DNA of 46,461 nucleotides. It comes from a virus. Its lineage: Duplodnaviria; Caudoviricetes. The DNA lies in the IMG/VR virus record IMGVR_UViG_3300038673_000301, positions 1-46,461 of that record; one strand, given 5' to 3'. Positions within the stretch are counted from its first letter, which is position 1; the number at the start of each line of letters is the position of its first letter. Shown one piece after another: positions 15,111-24,709 of the stretch. The notes beneath the pieces were generated by a model, which saw only the letters and a list, made by a program, of their open reading frames with translations, had not been told where the DNA came from and did no database searches. Both the position numbers and the translations under genes were made by a program.

Positions 15111-15180
15111 TTCATCTGAAATTTGAAAAAAAGTCCCTATATATTATACTATAGGGATAAATTTAAAAATTTCAGATGAA
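15111..15180. repeat. 70-bp imperfect palindrome, copy B (intergenic, AT-rich flanks); candidate replication origin
   Basis: Its reverse complement differs from 6911-6980 at only 3 positions. Confidence 0.9.
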
Positions 15181-15269
15181 CAATATTTATACGGTTATAA
15201 TAACGCCAGCCGGTCTTGATATGCTTTTTAATATATTAAGCGGGATATAATTTTTTATATACTTGGCCG

Positions 15270-16388
15270 CTACTGTACAAAATTGTGTCTGATTGTGCCG
15301 GCTAAGTTTACAAGGTATGCAATTATTTCCGCGTGGCCCGGCCGATAGTTTCCCAACTGTAGGACCGTGTGTGCGTTGTCTTTTTCGATAACATGCTGCA
15401 CCCGGTTTACTCTGATATTATCCATAACGCGCCGGCCGTTTACTATCTGAGAAGGTACATTAACCTGTACTAAATCGCCGGGTTCCGCCGCCGGTTTCAA
15501 ATACAAGGTTGCGTTGCCTGTAACTTCCGGTTCCTGTCCCAATAAAAAAAGCGCGCGCGCAAGTTCCCGGCACATTTCGTTAGTTTCAATGCTCGTGTCG
15601 GTTTCTAAAATGTCCCGGTCGCCCACACCGCCGCCAATAAACGCGCTTCTCTGCACCGTGCCTTCGGCGCCGTAAACTGTAACAGAATGTACCATGTCGG
15701 TTAAACTTGTTATAAAGTCGCTTGTGACGTAGTCCCGGCTGCCCTCTGCAACACGATATTTTTCCGTTGGTTCAGTTGGTATTGGTTGCCAACTTGCGTA
15801 TAAATTTTTTAATGTGTTGGTTTCGTCATAATATGGAATAACATCGAATTTATATTGTAACAGTTCGGCCTTTTCCATAAAGTTTAGAACATCCTTAAAA
15901 TATGTTGCATCGGCCTTTACATTGTAATTTTGTAAAACGGTTCCTTCATAATTTATATATGTTGCCCCGGCCCGGTCGGCAATGGTCGTTAGTTCGGGCA
16001 AAACCGTTTTTATTATGGTCCCGGTATCAACATTAACAAAATTATAATTATTCCGTATAAGTCTATTTACAAGTTCCAGCCCATGCCCGTACGCCGTTAT
16101 ATCGTATTCGATGCTTGTTGCCCCCGTCCGGCCCGCAATTTCTTTTATCCGGCCGCTAAATAGTTCTTTCCACACGCCGCCGGGTTCCATCACCTGCAGC
16201 CGGATAATATCATTTCCGCGCGCTGTTGGTACCGATGTGTATTGAAACCCGGCGCCCATGACCGCCAATTTTATGTTAGCCGTCGGGCAAACCCACGGGT
16301 GCGTTTTTGTTATTGTTGCGCTTAATAGTTCGGGATAATACATATCATAAGGATATGTCGGCCGCTGTATAATGGTTCTGAATTTCAT
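15270..16388 (-). CDS. Baseplate hub / tail-tip protein
   Basis: LFSGRI, ITAYG, EPGDLVQV, RVNRVQHVI..TVLQLG motifs typical of hub proteins; last gene of the tail operon; start MKFRT. Confidence 0.7.
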   Translation of the reverse strand: MKFRTIIQRPTYPYDMYYPELLSATITKTHPWVCPTANIKLAVMGAGFQYTSVPTARGNDIIRLQVMEPGGVWKELFSGRIKEIAGRTGATSIEYDITAYGHGLELVNRLIRNNYNFVNVDTGTIIKTVLPELTTIADRAGATYINYEGTVLQNYNVKADATYFKDVLNFMEKAELLQYKFDVIPYYDETNTLKNLYASWQPIPTEPTEKYRVAEGSRDYVTSDFITSLTDMVHSVTVYGAEGTVQRSAFIGGGVGDRDILETDTSIETNEMCRELARALFLLGQEPEVTGNATLYLKPAAEPGDLVQVNVPSQIVNGRRVMDNIRVNRVQHVIEKDNAHTVLQLGNYRPGHAEIIAYLVNLAGTIRHNFVQ

Positions 16389-16392
16389 GCGT

Positions 16393-19137
16393 TTAGCCCA
16401 ACTTTCGTTCTCTGAACTGTAAATCGATACGCGCCGCCGCGTAAACGCCGCTTTGCTGTTCCAATACAAGCGTATTGCTGCCTTGTGTAAGGCTTATTAG
16501 CTGTGCGTCGTTGGTGTCCAGAACGGCGCTTATCTGAAGGTCGTTTATATATACGGCCGACATCATATCAGAATATATTTTTATCCAGATAACCGTTTCG
16601 CCGTCAAAATAGACGCCGCCGGCCGCCGATTTTAGTTCGTATGTGGTGTCGGTGTTTTCTATAAGTTCGTCGTCAATGTCCCAAAATTTCGTGGGTGTTT
16701 CGCCGGTCGTGGTGTCCTTTGCTACCATGACCCGGCCGCCGCCGCCGTAATTCGTGTCCTGTTCAAAATCCAGCCTTATCGTTGGGGTTCCAACAATTGG
16801 ATATAACACCGGAATTTTATATATAACGTAGCCGCCCGGCATCATTGCCAGCCAATTGTGCGCGCTCTGAACCACGACCAAAGAAGCATTATAAGAATCT
16901 GCTTTATATTTATAGGTTGTATAATTATCTCTGTATGTATAGCTACCGGTTCCATCTGCATTAATAACCACAACGGCGCCCACGGGTAAACACGATGCAA
17001 GGTTTTCTTTAATGTTCGGTTCTACGTCATTATATAACGCGGCGTTTGAAACGTGCCCATATCCCTCGAAAACCATGTGTGGCGCGGTCGCGTAAATTTC
17101 GTACCCGTTCCTGACGGCATAAACATATTCGTTTAGCGCGTCGCACATCGAAAAAGACACATTGCCGCTGCCCGTACGTGTTATTTCGATATAATAATAT
17201 TGCAGTGGATGCAACTTTATGTGTGGTGTGGCCGGAACTTCGTTTGCGCTCATGGTAAAAACAACGTCGCCTGCCGCTGATATTGTCGCGCTGCCCTGTC
17301 CCAATAACGTCGTTTTTTCTACACTGTCGTATACACTACATAAGAAAGTTCCGGCGGTTGTTACTTCCCTAACATGTGTTTTTATGGTGTCTACGGCCAC
17401 GGGCAACGGGCAATCGATTATAAATTTGTATCCAATGTTATATGTCCCGTCTACTTGTCCGAGTTCCTTTGTAAGTGGACCCGGTGTTGCTGTTGCCGCA
17501 AGACCCGCACCACTCTTTGCAACTATTTGTGATGTCGGCACATCTGTATCATATAATAAAAGTTTTACACGTCCGCCCCCGCCGGCACCCGCGTATTTTA
17601 CCAGCGCGCCGTATGCGTAAGCCGTGCCGGCGCCGCCGACCGCGTATATCGTGGACCCGGCCGACATTTCAAGTTCTTTTGTTATTAAAAGTATGCCGCC
17701 GCCACTACCGGACCCGCCGCGCCATGAACTGTATATTTCGCCGCGCGTGCCGTTGGCGGTTATGCTTCCGATACCTACCAACCTTATAAACTCGGCCCTT
17801 AGAATAATGCATCCGCCGCCACTTCCGCCGTTACCGGTCGCGCCCACGGTGCCGGGCCCCGCTGCACCGCCGCCACTTCCGAAAGTTATATCTGTATAAA
17901 CATTTGTGCCGTATACGGTCCCGCCGCTGTCCGGCGATGTTGCGTAGCTTCCGGGTTCACCTATCCAGCCATATCCCCCACCGCCGCCGTATCCGTTTGT
18001 AACGCCTTTACCACCGCCGGGCCCGTTACCATTTGTTAAGCCGGCGCGGCCGCCGATGTATCCTTTGCCCGTGGCTGTTAGGTTTCCGCCTATTTCAATA
18101 GTCCGCGCCCGTATTTCCAGCGCCGTTCCTTCGCTTGCTGTCATATCTGATTGACTAACAGTTGCGCCCGATGCTATGACAAAGTGCCTTATATTGTAGT
18201 GTAAGCCGTTTATAATCGTGCTGTCTGTAATATACCAATCTTCGCCGCCGTGGTCGCCGCCGCCTTCGTTGGTCCACTGTTCTATATATTCGACGGGTAC
18301 TGTTCCGGTTCCTGTCTGTTTGTAATATGCATATATCTTTATCCGGCCTGCTGCACCGCCGCCGCCGGTGTAATTGTAGGTCGCCATCCCCGTATTAAAT
18401 GGAAATGTCACCGGGTCGCCGCCGGTTGCTTCAATTACCGAACCGCTATCAACCGTTAGTCTTACGGCAACTATGAGTATACCGCCGCCGCTACCGGACG
18501 CCCCGCGCCATGTTGCTGTTGCCTGTCCCGTAACGGTTCCGGGGTCGCCGGACGGTATAAGCGCGCCCGGACCGCCGTTGGCCTGTATAATTCCGGTGCT
18601 TCCTATTGTGATGTTGTCGCCCCTTAGAATAATGCACCCGCCGCCCCGGCCGCCTTTGCCGACCTGTGCATCTGTGCCTAAATCATAATTTCCGATAGCA
18701 CCGCCGCCGCTGCCGTGTGAAATGTCGTCGCTTCCATACGTACCATAAGGCAAACCAGCATAGCCGGTATACGGCCCGCCGGGTTCCTGTCCCGCCGTTG
18801 AATAGCCTGCACCGCCACCGGTGCCCCACGTCCGATGGCCTTTACCGCCGCCGGGCCCGTCGCCGCGTCCATCCACCGACCCGCGCCGGCCGCCGTGATA
18901 TCCGGTTTCGTTTCCGTTAAGCGTGCCTTCTATAAGAATATTTTTTGCGCGGATATCAATTTTTGTAAGCATTTGGATAGCGGATTCGGCTTCGGTGTTG
19001 TCCCTGAGATATACGCTTATATTTCTTTGAATGTGGAATGTTCCAATATTATAATGATACCCGGATATTATCGTATTGTGTGCCGGCGACCAGTCGTCGC
19101 CCCCATGGTCCCCGCCGCCAATGTCCGTCCATGCCAT
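16393..19137 (-). CDS. Glycine-rich minor tail / receptor-binding protein with a duplicated Gly-rich domain
   Basis: Two homologous units (WTDIGGGDHGGDDW.. and WTNEGGGDHGGEDW..) rich in GGGG motifs; downstream of the tape measure. Confidence 0.75.
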   Translation of the reverse strand: MAWTDIGGGDHGGDDWSPAHNTIISGYHYNIGTFHIQRNISVYLRDNTEAESAIQMLTKIDIRAKNILIEGTLNGNETGYHGGRRGSVDGRGDGPGGGKGHRTWGTGGGAGYSTAGQEPGGPYTGYAGLPYGTYGSDDISHGSGGGAIGNYDLGTDAQVGKGGRGGGCIILRGDNITIGSTGIIQANGGPGALIPSGDPGTVTGQATATWRGASGSGGGILIVAVRLTVDSGSVIEATGGDPVTFPFNTGMATYNYTGGGGAAGRIKIYAYYKQTGTGTVPVEYIEQWTNEGGGDHGGEDWYITDSTIINGLHYNIRHFVIASGATVSQSDMTASEGTALEIRARTIEIGGNLTATGKGYIGGRAGLTNGNGPGGGKGVTNGYGGGGGYGWIGEPGSYATSPDSGGTVYGTNVYTDITFGSGGGAAGPGTVGATGNGGSGGGCIILRAEFIRLVGIGSITANGTRGEIYSSWRGGSGSGGGILLITKELEMSAGSTIYAVGGAGTAYAYGALVKYAGAGGGGRVKLLLYDTDVPTSQIVAKSGAGLAATATPGPLTKELGQVDGTYNIGYKFIIDCPLPVAVDTIKTHVREVTTAGTFLCSVYDSVEKTTLLGQGSATISAAGDVVFTMSANEVPATPHIKLHPLQYYYIEITRTGSGNVSFSMCDALNEYVYAVRNGYEIYATAPHMVFEGYGHVSNAALYNDVEPNIKENLASCLPVGAVVVINADGTGSYTYRDNYTTYKYKADSYNASLVVVQSAHNWLAMMPGGYVIYKIPVLYPIVGTPTIRLDFEQDTNYGGGGRVMVAKDTTTGETPTKFWDIDDELIENTDTTYELKSAAGGVYFDGETVIWIKIYSDMMSAVYINDLQISAVLDTNDAQLISLTQGSNTLVLEQQSGVYAAARIDLQFRERKLG

Positions 19138-19138
19138 A

Positions 19139-19795
19139 TTAAGTCCACCTGTCGCCCGATGTGTAAAAAGCGTGTTTTTCGCTGCTTGCTGTTATAGTTA
19201 TGTCCATAATTGCGCCGGCGCTTTCCGTTGCTGCTATTAACCTTTCGTCGTCGTCCTGTGAAAACACCGCTGGGTTATCTTCGATCAGTTTTGTAAAAAG
19301 TGAAACGCTCGTCGCGTATCTATACGGCCCTTCCGTTATTGCTTTAACGTGCCACGGGTAAGAAGTAGCAAAACCGATTGCCTCTTCCTTTGTAACTTCC
19401 TCAACCTTTATGTAATACATCCAGCCGGTGTTGAATATAAGCAAATTGAAACCGTCTTTTGAAAATTCTTTTATAACTCTTTCGCGTGTGGCGTCTGTCA
19501 TTTCGTCGCCGCGAATCTCAATTGTTAGCCCGTCCCAGCCCATGTCTTTTATTGGGTTTATGTTGCCCCCCGGTACTTTTTGCCGGCTTCTTATGTGTGT
19601 AAGCACAACATTAAACGCCGTCACGGTGCATTCAATACCGTTAATAGTTACGGCCGGCGGCACCGCGTAAGTACCAACAACAACGGCCGGCGCCCCGGTT
19701 TCGTCTAATGGTGTAAATCCACGGGTAACAACCAAAACTCTTAAAATTTCTGAACTTTCTATTCCACCCGTGGATATTGCAAATATGTTTACCAT
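19139..19795 (-). CDS. Distal tail-like protein
   Basis: Position directly after the tape measure; KVPGGN..DMGWDGLTIEIRG, EGPYRY. Confidence 0.6.
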   Translation of the reverse strand: MVNIFAISTGGIESSEILRVLVVTRGFTPLDETGAPAVVVGTYAVPPAVTINGIECTVTAFNVVLTHIRSRQKVPGGNINPIKDMGWDGLTIEIRGDEMTDATRERVIKEFSKDGFNLLIFNTGWMYYIKVEEVTKEEAIGFATSYPWHVKAITEGPYRYATSVSLFTKLIEDNPAVFSQDDDERLIAATESAGAIMDITITASSEKHAFYTSGDRWT

Positions 19796-19796
19796 G

Positions 19797-21989
19797 TTAT
19801 CGAACCGTCGCGCTTGTTTTTGCCCCTATTGCGGTTATAACCTGTTTCGAGAAGTCATAAGATACGCGTTTCAGGTCGCCGCTGTTGTTAATGTCGCCCG
19901 TTGTTATGTTCTGTGTAACTGTTATGGTTTGTGGCTGTGATGTCCGCCCCGCGTAAACCGTGCCGGTGTAATCGGGATTATATGAGCCGCTTTTAATTAA
20001 ATCCTGTTCCAGTTTCATTTCTTCCAATGTTTGCCGGCGCGCGGCGGTGTTTGCTGCTGTTGCCGCCGTTGATTGGCCCAACGCGGCCGCGTATGCCTGC
20101 TCGGCTTCTGCAGCCCATTGTGCCGTTAAACCCGCCTCGGACCACGCCTCCGCAGCCGACGCCGCCGCGACGGGTATTGCTACCCCTTCTTTTTTGCTTT
20201 CGGTTGTAAGGTATTTTAGAAAGCTGCTTACCTGTGCCTTTGCTTGTGTTACGTCCGCCCGCACGCGATAATCGACACTAAAACCCAACACACCGCCGAT
20301 TCTGTCCAACAACGACAAAACCCGGTCGACGCTGTCTATTGCTGTGTTTATCATGTTGTAGAAATATGTAGACACTGCATAATAAACATATTTTGCCATG
20401 TCTACAATTTCGTCCAAATGTCGCCACGCAATGATAACAGCACCGATGGGCCCGGTTAAAGCCAATGTGGTATCTGATAACCCATTAATCCAACGCGACG
20501 CGGTATCTATTGCTTCCGGTACTTTTATTTTTAGCCAGTTATATAAGTTACCGCCGACCAATAGTAAAAAGTCCATAGCTTCGGACACAACACCATATCT
20601 TTTTTCAAGAAGATATAAAATACCAATGACGGCTGCAATGGGCGCGATAATAGCAAGATACGGCGCCACGGCTGCCCACGACGACGCCGCAAATATTTTT
20701 TGTATAGCCGCCAATGATTTTAAGCCCGTGGCCATCGGGCCAACCATCATAAGCACCGGGCCAATGGCCGCCGCAAACCCTAACAGCCCAATTATACCCA
20801 ACTGAACCGGGCCCGGCAATTCTCCAAACGCCGTTCCGATGCTCTTTACAGTCGGCGTTACCACGTTTTGAATTAATGGAACAATTGTATCTTTTAACAA
20901 CGGAACCATAACATCTTTCAATGTCGGCAAAAACGCCCCGCCAATTTCAATCGTGGTCGCCGCAAACGCCGCTTTTATTTCGTCCATTGAACGGCTGGCG
21001 GTTTCCTGCATCTGTTCATAAGCTGTTTTTGTTGCGCCGGTCGCGTTTGCTGTATCATCCAAAATATCTATGAATTGTTCATGCATGGAACCTGTTAGCG
21101 CCATTGCGGCCTTTCCGGCTTCAATAGACCCAAAATAAGACTCGATACCCGTTCCGGCCTCTTCGGCGCTCTTTTTCATAAGCATTAAGGCTTCGTCTAC
21201 CGTTCCGCCGGCCGCTATAAAATCCTTAAAAGACTTGCCGGTCAATTCTTTAAACATCTTCCCGGCTTCGCCGCTTTCCTTCGCAAGTTCACTAAAAACC
21301 TGCCCCAATTGTGTACCGGCGACCGCCGTTGGTACCCCGCCCAAAGTTATCGCAGCCATTGCGGCCGACACTTCTTCAAATGAAACACCCAACGCCGCCG
21401 CTATCGGGTTCACATGATAAAGGCTTTGTGACAGTTCGGGTATGGTTGTTTGGCCCCGGCGCATAGCGGTAAACATTAAATCGCTTGCTTTGCCTACGTC
21501 CATAACGTCGGCGCCGTATGCGTTCACGATAGAGGATAGACCATAGACGGCCGTGTTTAGGTCCGTGGCACCGCCTATTGCGTTTTGTGATGCTGTTCTT
21601 AAAAAATCAAACACGTTTTCTGGCGGTATACCCGACGAAATGGCACTGTATAAAGCCGGCACAATTTCTTCTGGCAAAATACCCATTTCTTGAGAGAGTT
21701 CTAATACATCGCCCTGCATTTGGCCCATAGCTTCTTTTGAAATTCCCGGCAGAAGTGTGTAAACTTCAGCCATCTGTTTTTCAAAACCGGCGGCCTTGTT
21801 GGTCATTAGACCAATTGCACCAACGCCCGCCATTATGGGCGCCGTGACGCCAACCGTTAGCCCCTGCCCGATAGTCGAAACTCTGCTGCTAAAAGAATCT
21901 ATTTTTCGCCATTCGGCGTTTATGTCGTCGGACACCGTCGATTGTAAACCAAACAGCACCGCCACTTCGCCTAAAATACCAACGGCCAT
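19797..21989 (-). CDS. Tail tape measure protein
   Basis: LTVGVTAPI, FEKQMAEV, RGQTTIPEL, GVSFEEV; Ala-rich helical with hydrophobic C-terminal stretches (TP901-type). Confidence 0.95.
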   Translation of the reverse strand: MAVGILGEVAVLFGLQSTVSDDINAEWRKIDSFSSRVSTIGQGLTVGVTAPIMAGVGAIGLMTNKAAGFEKQMAEVYTLLPGISKEAMGQMQGDVLELSQEMGILPEEIVPALYSAISSGIPPENVFDFLRTASQNAIGGATDLNTAVYGLSSIVNAYGADVMDVGKASDLMFTAMRRGQTTIPELSQSLYHVNPIAAALGVSFEEVSAAMAAITLGGVPTAVAGTQLGQVFSELAKESGEAGKMFKELTGKSFKDFIAAGGTVDEALMLMKKSAEEAGTGIESYFGSIEAGKAAMALTGSMHEQFIDILDDTANATGATKTAYEQMQETASRSMDEIKAAFAATTIEIGGAFLPTLKDVMVPLLKDTIVPLIQNVVTPTVKSIGTAFGELPGPVQLGIIGLLGFAAAIGPVLMMVGPMATGLKSLAAIQKIFAASSWAAVAPYLAIIAPIAAVIGILYLLEKRYGVVSEAMDFLLLVGGNLYNWLKIKVPEAIDTASRWINGLSDTTLALTGPIGAVIIAWRHLDEIVDMAKYVYYAVSTYFYNMINTAIDSVDRVLSLLDRIGGVLGFSVDYRVRADVTQAKAQVSSFLKYLTTESKKEGVAIPVAAASAAEAWSEAGLTAQWAAEAEQAYAAALGQSTAATAANTAARRQTLEEMKLEQDLIKSGSYNPDYTGTVYAGRTSQPQTITVTQNITTGDINNSGDLKRVSYDFSKQVITAIGAKTSATVR

Positions 21990-22161
21990 TTAAATTTCTC
22001 TCATCTTTTTCTTATACAGTTCTTCTTCCCGCCTGCATTTTTCAAGATACGCCGCCAAACAAAACACCCGGTCGGGTTCCGGCATGTTCCTATATTGTTC
22101 CGGCGTTAATTTCAGATGTCCCAACAACGCAAAGAAATTTTGACCGATGTTACTTTTTGCG
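21990..22161 (-). CDS. Tail assembly chaperone C-terminal extension (GT-like, +1 frame)
   Basis: LGHLKLTPEQYRNMPEPDR motif; overlaps the end of the chaperone gene and lacks a good independent start. Confidence 0.7.
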
Positions 22162-22584
22162 AAACGATGCAGCATCGGCGGCCTGTGCAGCGTTTTCGAT
22201 AGCAAGCGCCTTAATCAATACGACAAAATCCGCTATACTAAAAAGCCCGCTTTTGAAAAAATCAACATCGAGCGACGCATCCATGCAAACGTCTGCAAGT
22301 ATTGTGTATAGTTCCATTTCGTCGTTTTCGGCCGCCTGCCCGGCCATCATCTTTCCGGTTATCTTTTGCAGCGTTTCAAGCTCGGCGACAAAGGGTATCC
22401 GCATAACGATTTCTATTTCGCCAACTGAAGATTTAAACGCGGTCGTGGTTGTTTGTTCCCAGCCGCGCATCATCAGCTTTTCAGCGGTCGTTAAATCTTT
22501 TATATCCTTTTGTCTTATAGCATCCATCCGCTGCTTTATTTTTGCAGTGATACCGGTGTTTTCTAAATGTTGTTTATTGCTCAT
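22150..22584 (-). CDS. Tail assembly chaperone (G-like)
   Basis: Between tail tube and tape measure; ends TCG TTT CGC AAA AAG TAA. Confidence 0.8.
   Translation of the reverse strand: MSNKQHLENTGITAKIKQRMDAIRQKDIKDLTTAEKLMMRGWEQTTTTAFKSSVGEIEIVMRIPFVAELETLQKITGKMMAGQAAENDEMELYTILADVCMDASLDVDFFKSGLFSIADFVVLIKALAIENAAQAADAASFRKK
22159..22164 (-). other. Programmed +1 ribosomal frameshift site TTT-CGC
   Basis: In-frame TTT CGC two codons before the stop; the downstream ORF is in the +1 frame. Confidence 0.7.
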
Positions 22585-22593
22585 TTAAGCCCC

Positions 22594-23343
22594 TCATGCG
22601 GTCGGGAATTTGGTTAATATAACGCTGTCCACGGCGAATTCAAGGGCCTCTGTGTAGAAGTCATCCACCGGCTGGTTAAGTGTTATATTGTTCGCGGTTG
22701 CGTTGTATGCAAACCATTTCCTTTTTAGCACGCCGGCGGCGTCTATCTCTTCGCCCATGATACAGCCGATCGTATTAAATGCATGATAAGCATTGGTCCA
22801 TTTTATTAGACTGTCCTCATCTGTTCCGCCGTCGCCACACGCAAGCGTTATAAGGGTTAAATCATACTGCACCGCGTCAAGTGTCATTGTGGTTTTAATT
22901 GCGCCGACCTTCTGCAATTGTGTAGACTGTCCCTGTACACTTGTTCCTTTTGTTTCCGCCGACATTGGGATATTAACATCTTTACACGTCGCGATATGAA
23001 CAAACGGGGTTGCCTCTGTTTCAACATCTATGTACTGTATTACCAGCACGTCGTTTTCTGCAATTATGCCAGTTTCGAACAAAAGTTTGGGTGTGTCCGT
23101 GGTGTTCGTTGCCGCTGTTGAACCATCGCTCTGCACCTCACGAAACGCGACGTAAGTTCCGTTTTTAGTTGCGACCACGCTTCCATATTCTGCATCTTTC
23201 GCTAACTCGATAACCTTTGCCGCCGCTTCGCCGCTCGTAACCGTCCGGGTTTCTGCAGCCGGGGTTCCGCCCGCGTACCACTTCACATCGGCCGAATACG
23301 GCGCAAGACTACCGACCGCCACACTCGAAGATTTTATTGACAT
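22594..23343 (-). CDS. Major tail tube protein
   Basis: Position between terminator and chaperone; beta-rich, ends YTEALEFAVD; GAGG RBS before ATG 23343. Confidence 0.75.
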   Translation of the reverse strand: MSIKSSSVAVGSLAPYSADVKWYAGGTPAAETRTVTSGEAAAKVIELAKDAEYGSVVATKNGTYVAFREVQSDGSTAATNTTDTPKLLFETGIIAENDVLVIQYIDVETEATPFVHIATCKDVNIPMSAETKGTSVQGQSTQLQKVGAIKTTMTLDAVQYDLTLITLACGDGGTDEDSLIKWTNAYHAFNTIGCIMGEEIDAAGVLKRKWFAYNATANNITLNQPVDDFYTEALEFAVDSVILTKFPTA

Positions 23344-23383
23344 TCTATTGGTCCTCCTCTTTCTCAATATTTATTAATTACTG

Positions 23384-23767
23384 TTATATATCTTTTTTGA
23401 TGTAAAAATTACATGATAGCATTGGGCGGCCTTTTTCGTCGGTGCCCATATTCATTACACTGCCGGCGGCGTCTATCGATTTATATTTATTGGCCCCGAC
23501 GGTAAACGAATTTTTACCATGCAACAGTTTAAAAATGTTATATATCTTTGTTTCTGCAGCCGCGTATCCGTCGGTTGCCCCTCTCACGCGTACCTGTAAT
23601 CCGGGCGTTTCCATGCGCGGGTTTCGCCCCGCCGGCCGGCCCTGATATTGATATAAACATGTGCATAGGTCCGGGTTATCTGGCATATTGCTATAAAATA
23701 AATCCGTGCCGGCCGTTCCATAGCCCCCGGTTTGAATTATACTTACAATATCCGCCAACATTCCCAT
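23384..23767 (-). CDS. Tail terminator (minor capsid-type family)
   Basis: GTDLFYSNMPDNPD, PGLQVRVRG, MGTDEKGRP...NF. Confidence 0.85.
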   Translation of the reverse strand: MGMLADIVSIIQTGGYGTAGTDLFYSNMPDNPDLCTCLYQYQGRPAGRNPRMETPGLQVRVRGATDGYAAAETKIYNIFKLLHGKNSFTVGANKYKSIDAAGSVMNMGTDEKGRPMLSCNFYIKKDI

Positions 23768-24139
23768 TTAACCAACCCTGTTTATAATGTTCTGTATTAA
23801 CCGGTCCCGGCGTTCGTTCACCGGGTCTTCTAAAAACTTAGCTTTTCCGACGGGGTGCGCCACTTCCAGCCGTTCGTGGACATAGATAGCATATTCGGCA
23901 CCGTAGCCCAGCCGGGCCTTTAATACACCGGGCGCCTTGTTTATTTCAAGGCTGGCCGACCCCCTTAAATTACCGGTTTTTACGGGCGCCTGTTCAACGG
24001 ACACGCTTAACAAATCTTCAAGTTCATTTGTAAACGCCTGTTTTGTTTCGTCAAACCTTTCGTTACAATACTGGCTAAGTTTTCTTTTAACTGTATCGAG
24101 CCCAACAATCTGAACTTTTTTAACTTTCCATGCTTTCAT
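23768..24139 (-). CDS. HK97 gp10-like tail completion protein
   Basis: APVKTGNLRGS, YAIYVHE, GKAKFLEDP. Confidence 0.9.
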   Translation of the reverse strand: MKAWKVKKVQIVGLDTVKRKLSQYCNERFDETKQAFTNELEDLLSVSVEQAPVKTGNLRGSASLEINKAPGVLKARLGYGAEYAIYVHERLEVAHPVGKAKFLEDPVNERRDRLIQNIINRVG

Positions 24140-24444
24140 GTATAAACCACCGTGTAAAATACTTTGCCTGCCCCGTCGCGAACTTTCCCAACGTCTTTAA
24201 TAAATGCATACGTGCTATCGGGCATTAAGATTTTTGAACGGTTGTCTATTGTTATATCACCGTCAATATATAATTGGGAATTTGAAACTATTATTTGGTT
24301 GTTGGCATCTCTTATATAATGTCTTTTAGAAGATAACCTACAAAAATATTTTACGGCAGAACCATAACTAAAACTGCCATCGGCGGCGGTTGCTGAGTAT
24401 GGATAGATAGAAATTTCAGTGTGTGTTAAATGTCCAATTCCCAT
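24136..24444 (-). CDS. Head closure (stopper) protein
   Basis: Beta-rich, YIRDANNQIIVSNSQLYI; neck-gene position. Confidence 0.7.
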   Translation of the reverse strand: MGIGHLTHTEISIYPYSATAADGSFSYGSAVKYFCRLSSKRHYIRDANNQIIVSNSQLYIDGDITIDNRSKILMPDSTYAFIKDVGKVRDGAGKVFYTVVYT

Positions 24445-24457
24445 AATATAAAGCCGC

Positions 24458-24709
24458 CTACATAGCATTTTGTATAACCGTGTATAATATCGTAATAACC
24501 CACGCAATTATGAGATATACAACTTTATCATGTTTTGCATCAATCTTCTCAATAATTGTGTTTTGCTGTCGCCCGATTGTTTTTATTTCTTCGCGAAATT
24601 CCTTTGCGAAACATTCAAAGTTTTTGTGCATTTCGTCTTTTAAGTCCATTTCAAGTTCGGCGCGATACATTCCGCACCTGTCACCCGTGACCGGGTCGCC
24701 GTTGCTCAT
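24458..24709 (-). CDS. Coiled-coil protein with C-terminal TM helix (holin-like)
   Basis: Charged heptad region followed by VVYLIIAWVITILYTVI. Confidence 0.55.
   Translation of the reverse strand: MSNGDPVTGDRCGMYRAELEMDLKDEMHKNFECFAKEFREEIKTIGRQQNTIIEKIDAKHDKVVYLIIAWVITILYTVIQNAM

Noticed and set aside
15255-15272. Pyrrolysine read-through of TAG stops (here and at 2938) given a Methanosarcinaceae host
   Set aside because: Read-through would add only a few residues before a TAA or TGA, and no split genes joined by TAG were seen.
16393-19137. Diversity-generating retroelement acting on the tail adhesin
   Set aside because: No reverse transcriptase and no near-identical TR/VR pair with adenine-specific mismatches; the duplication is old and visible mainly at protein level.
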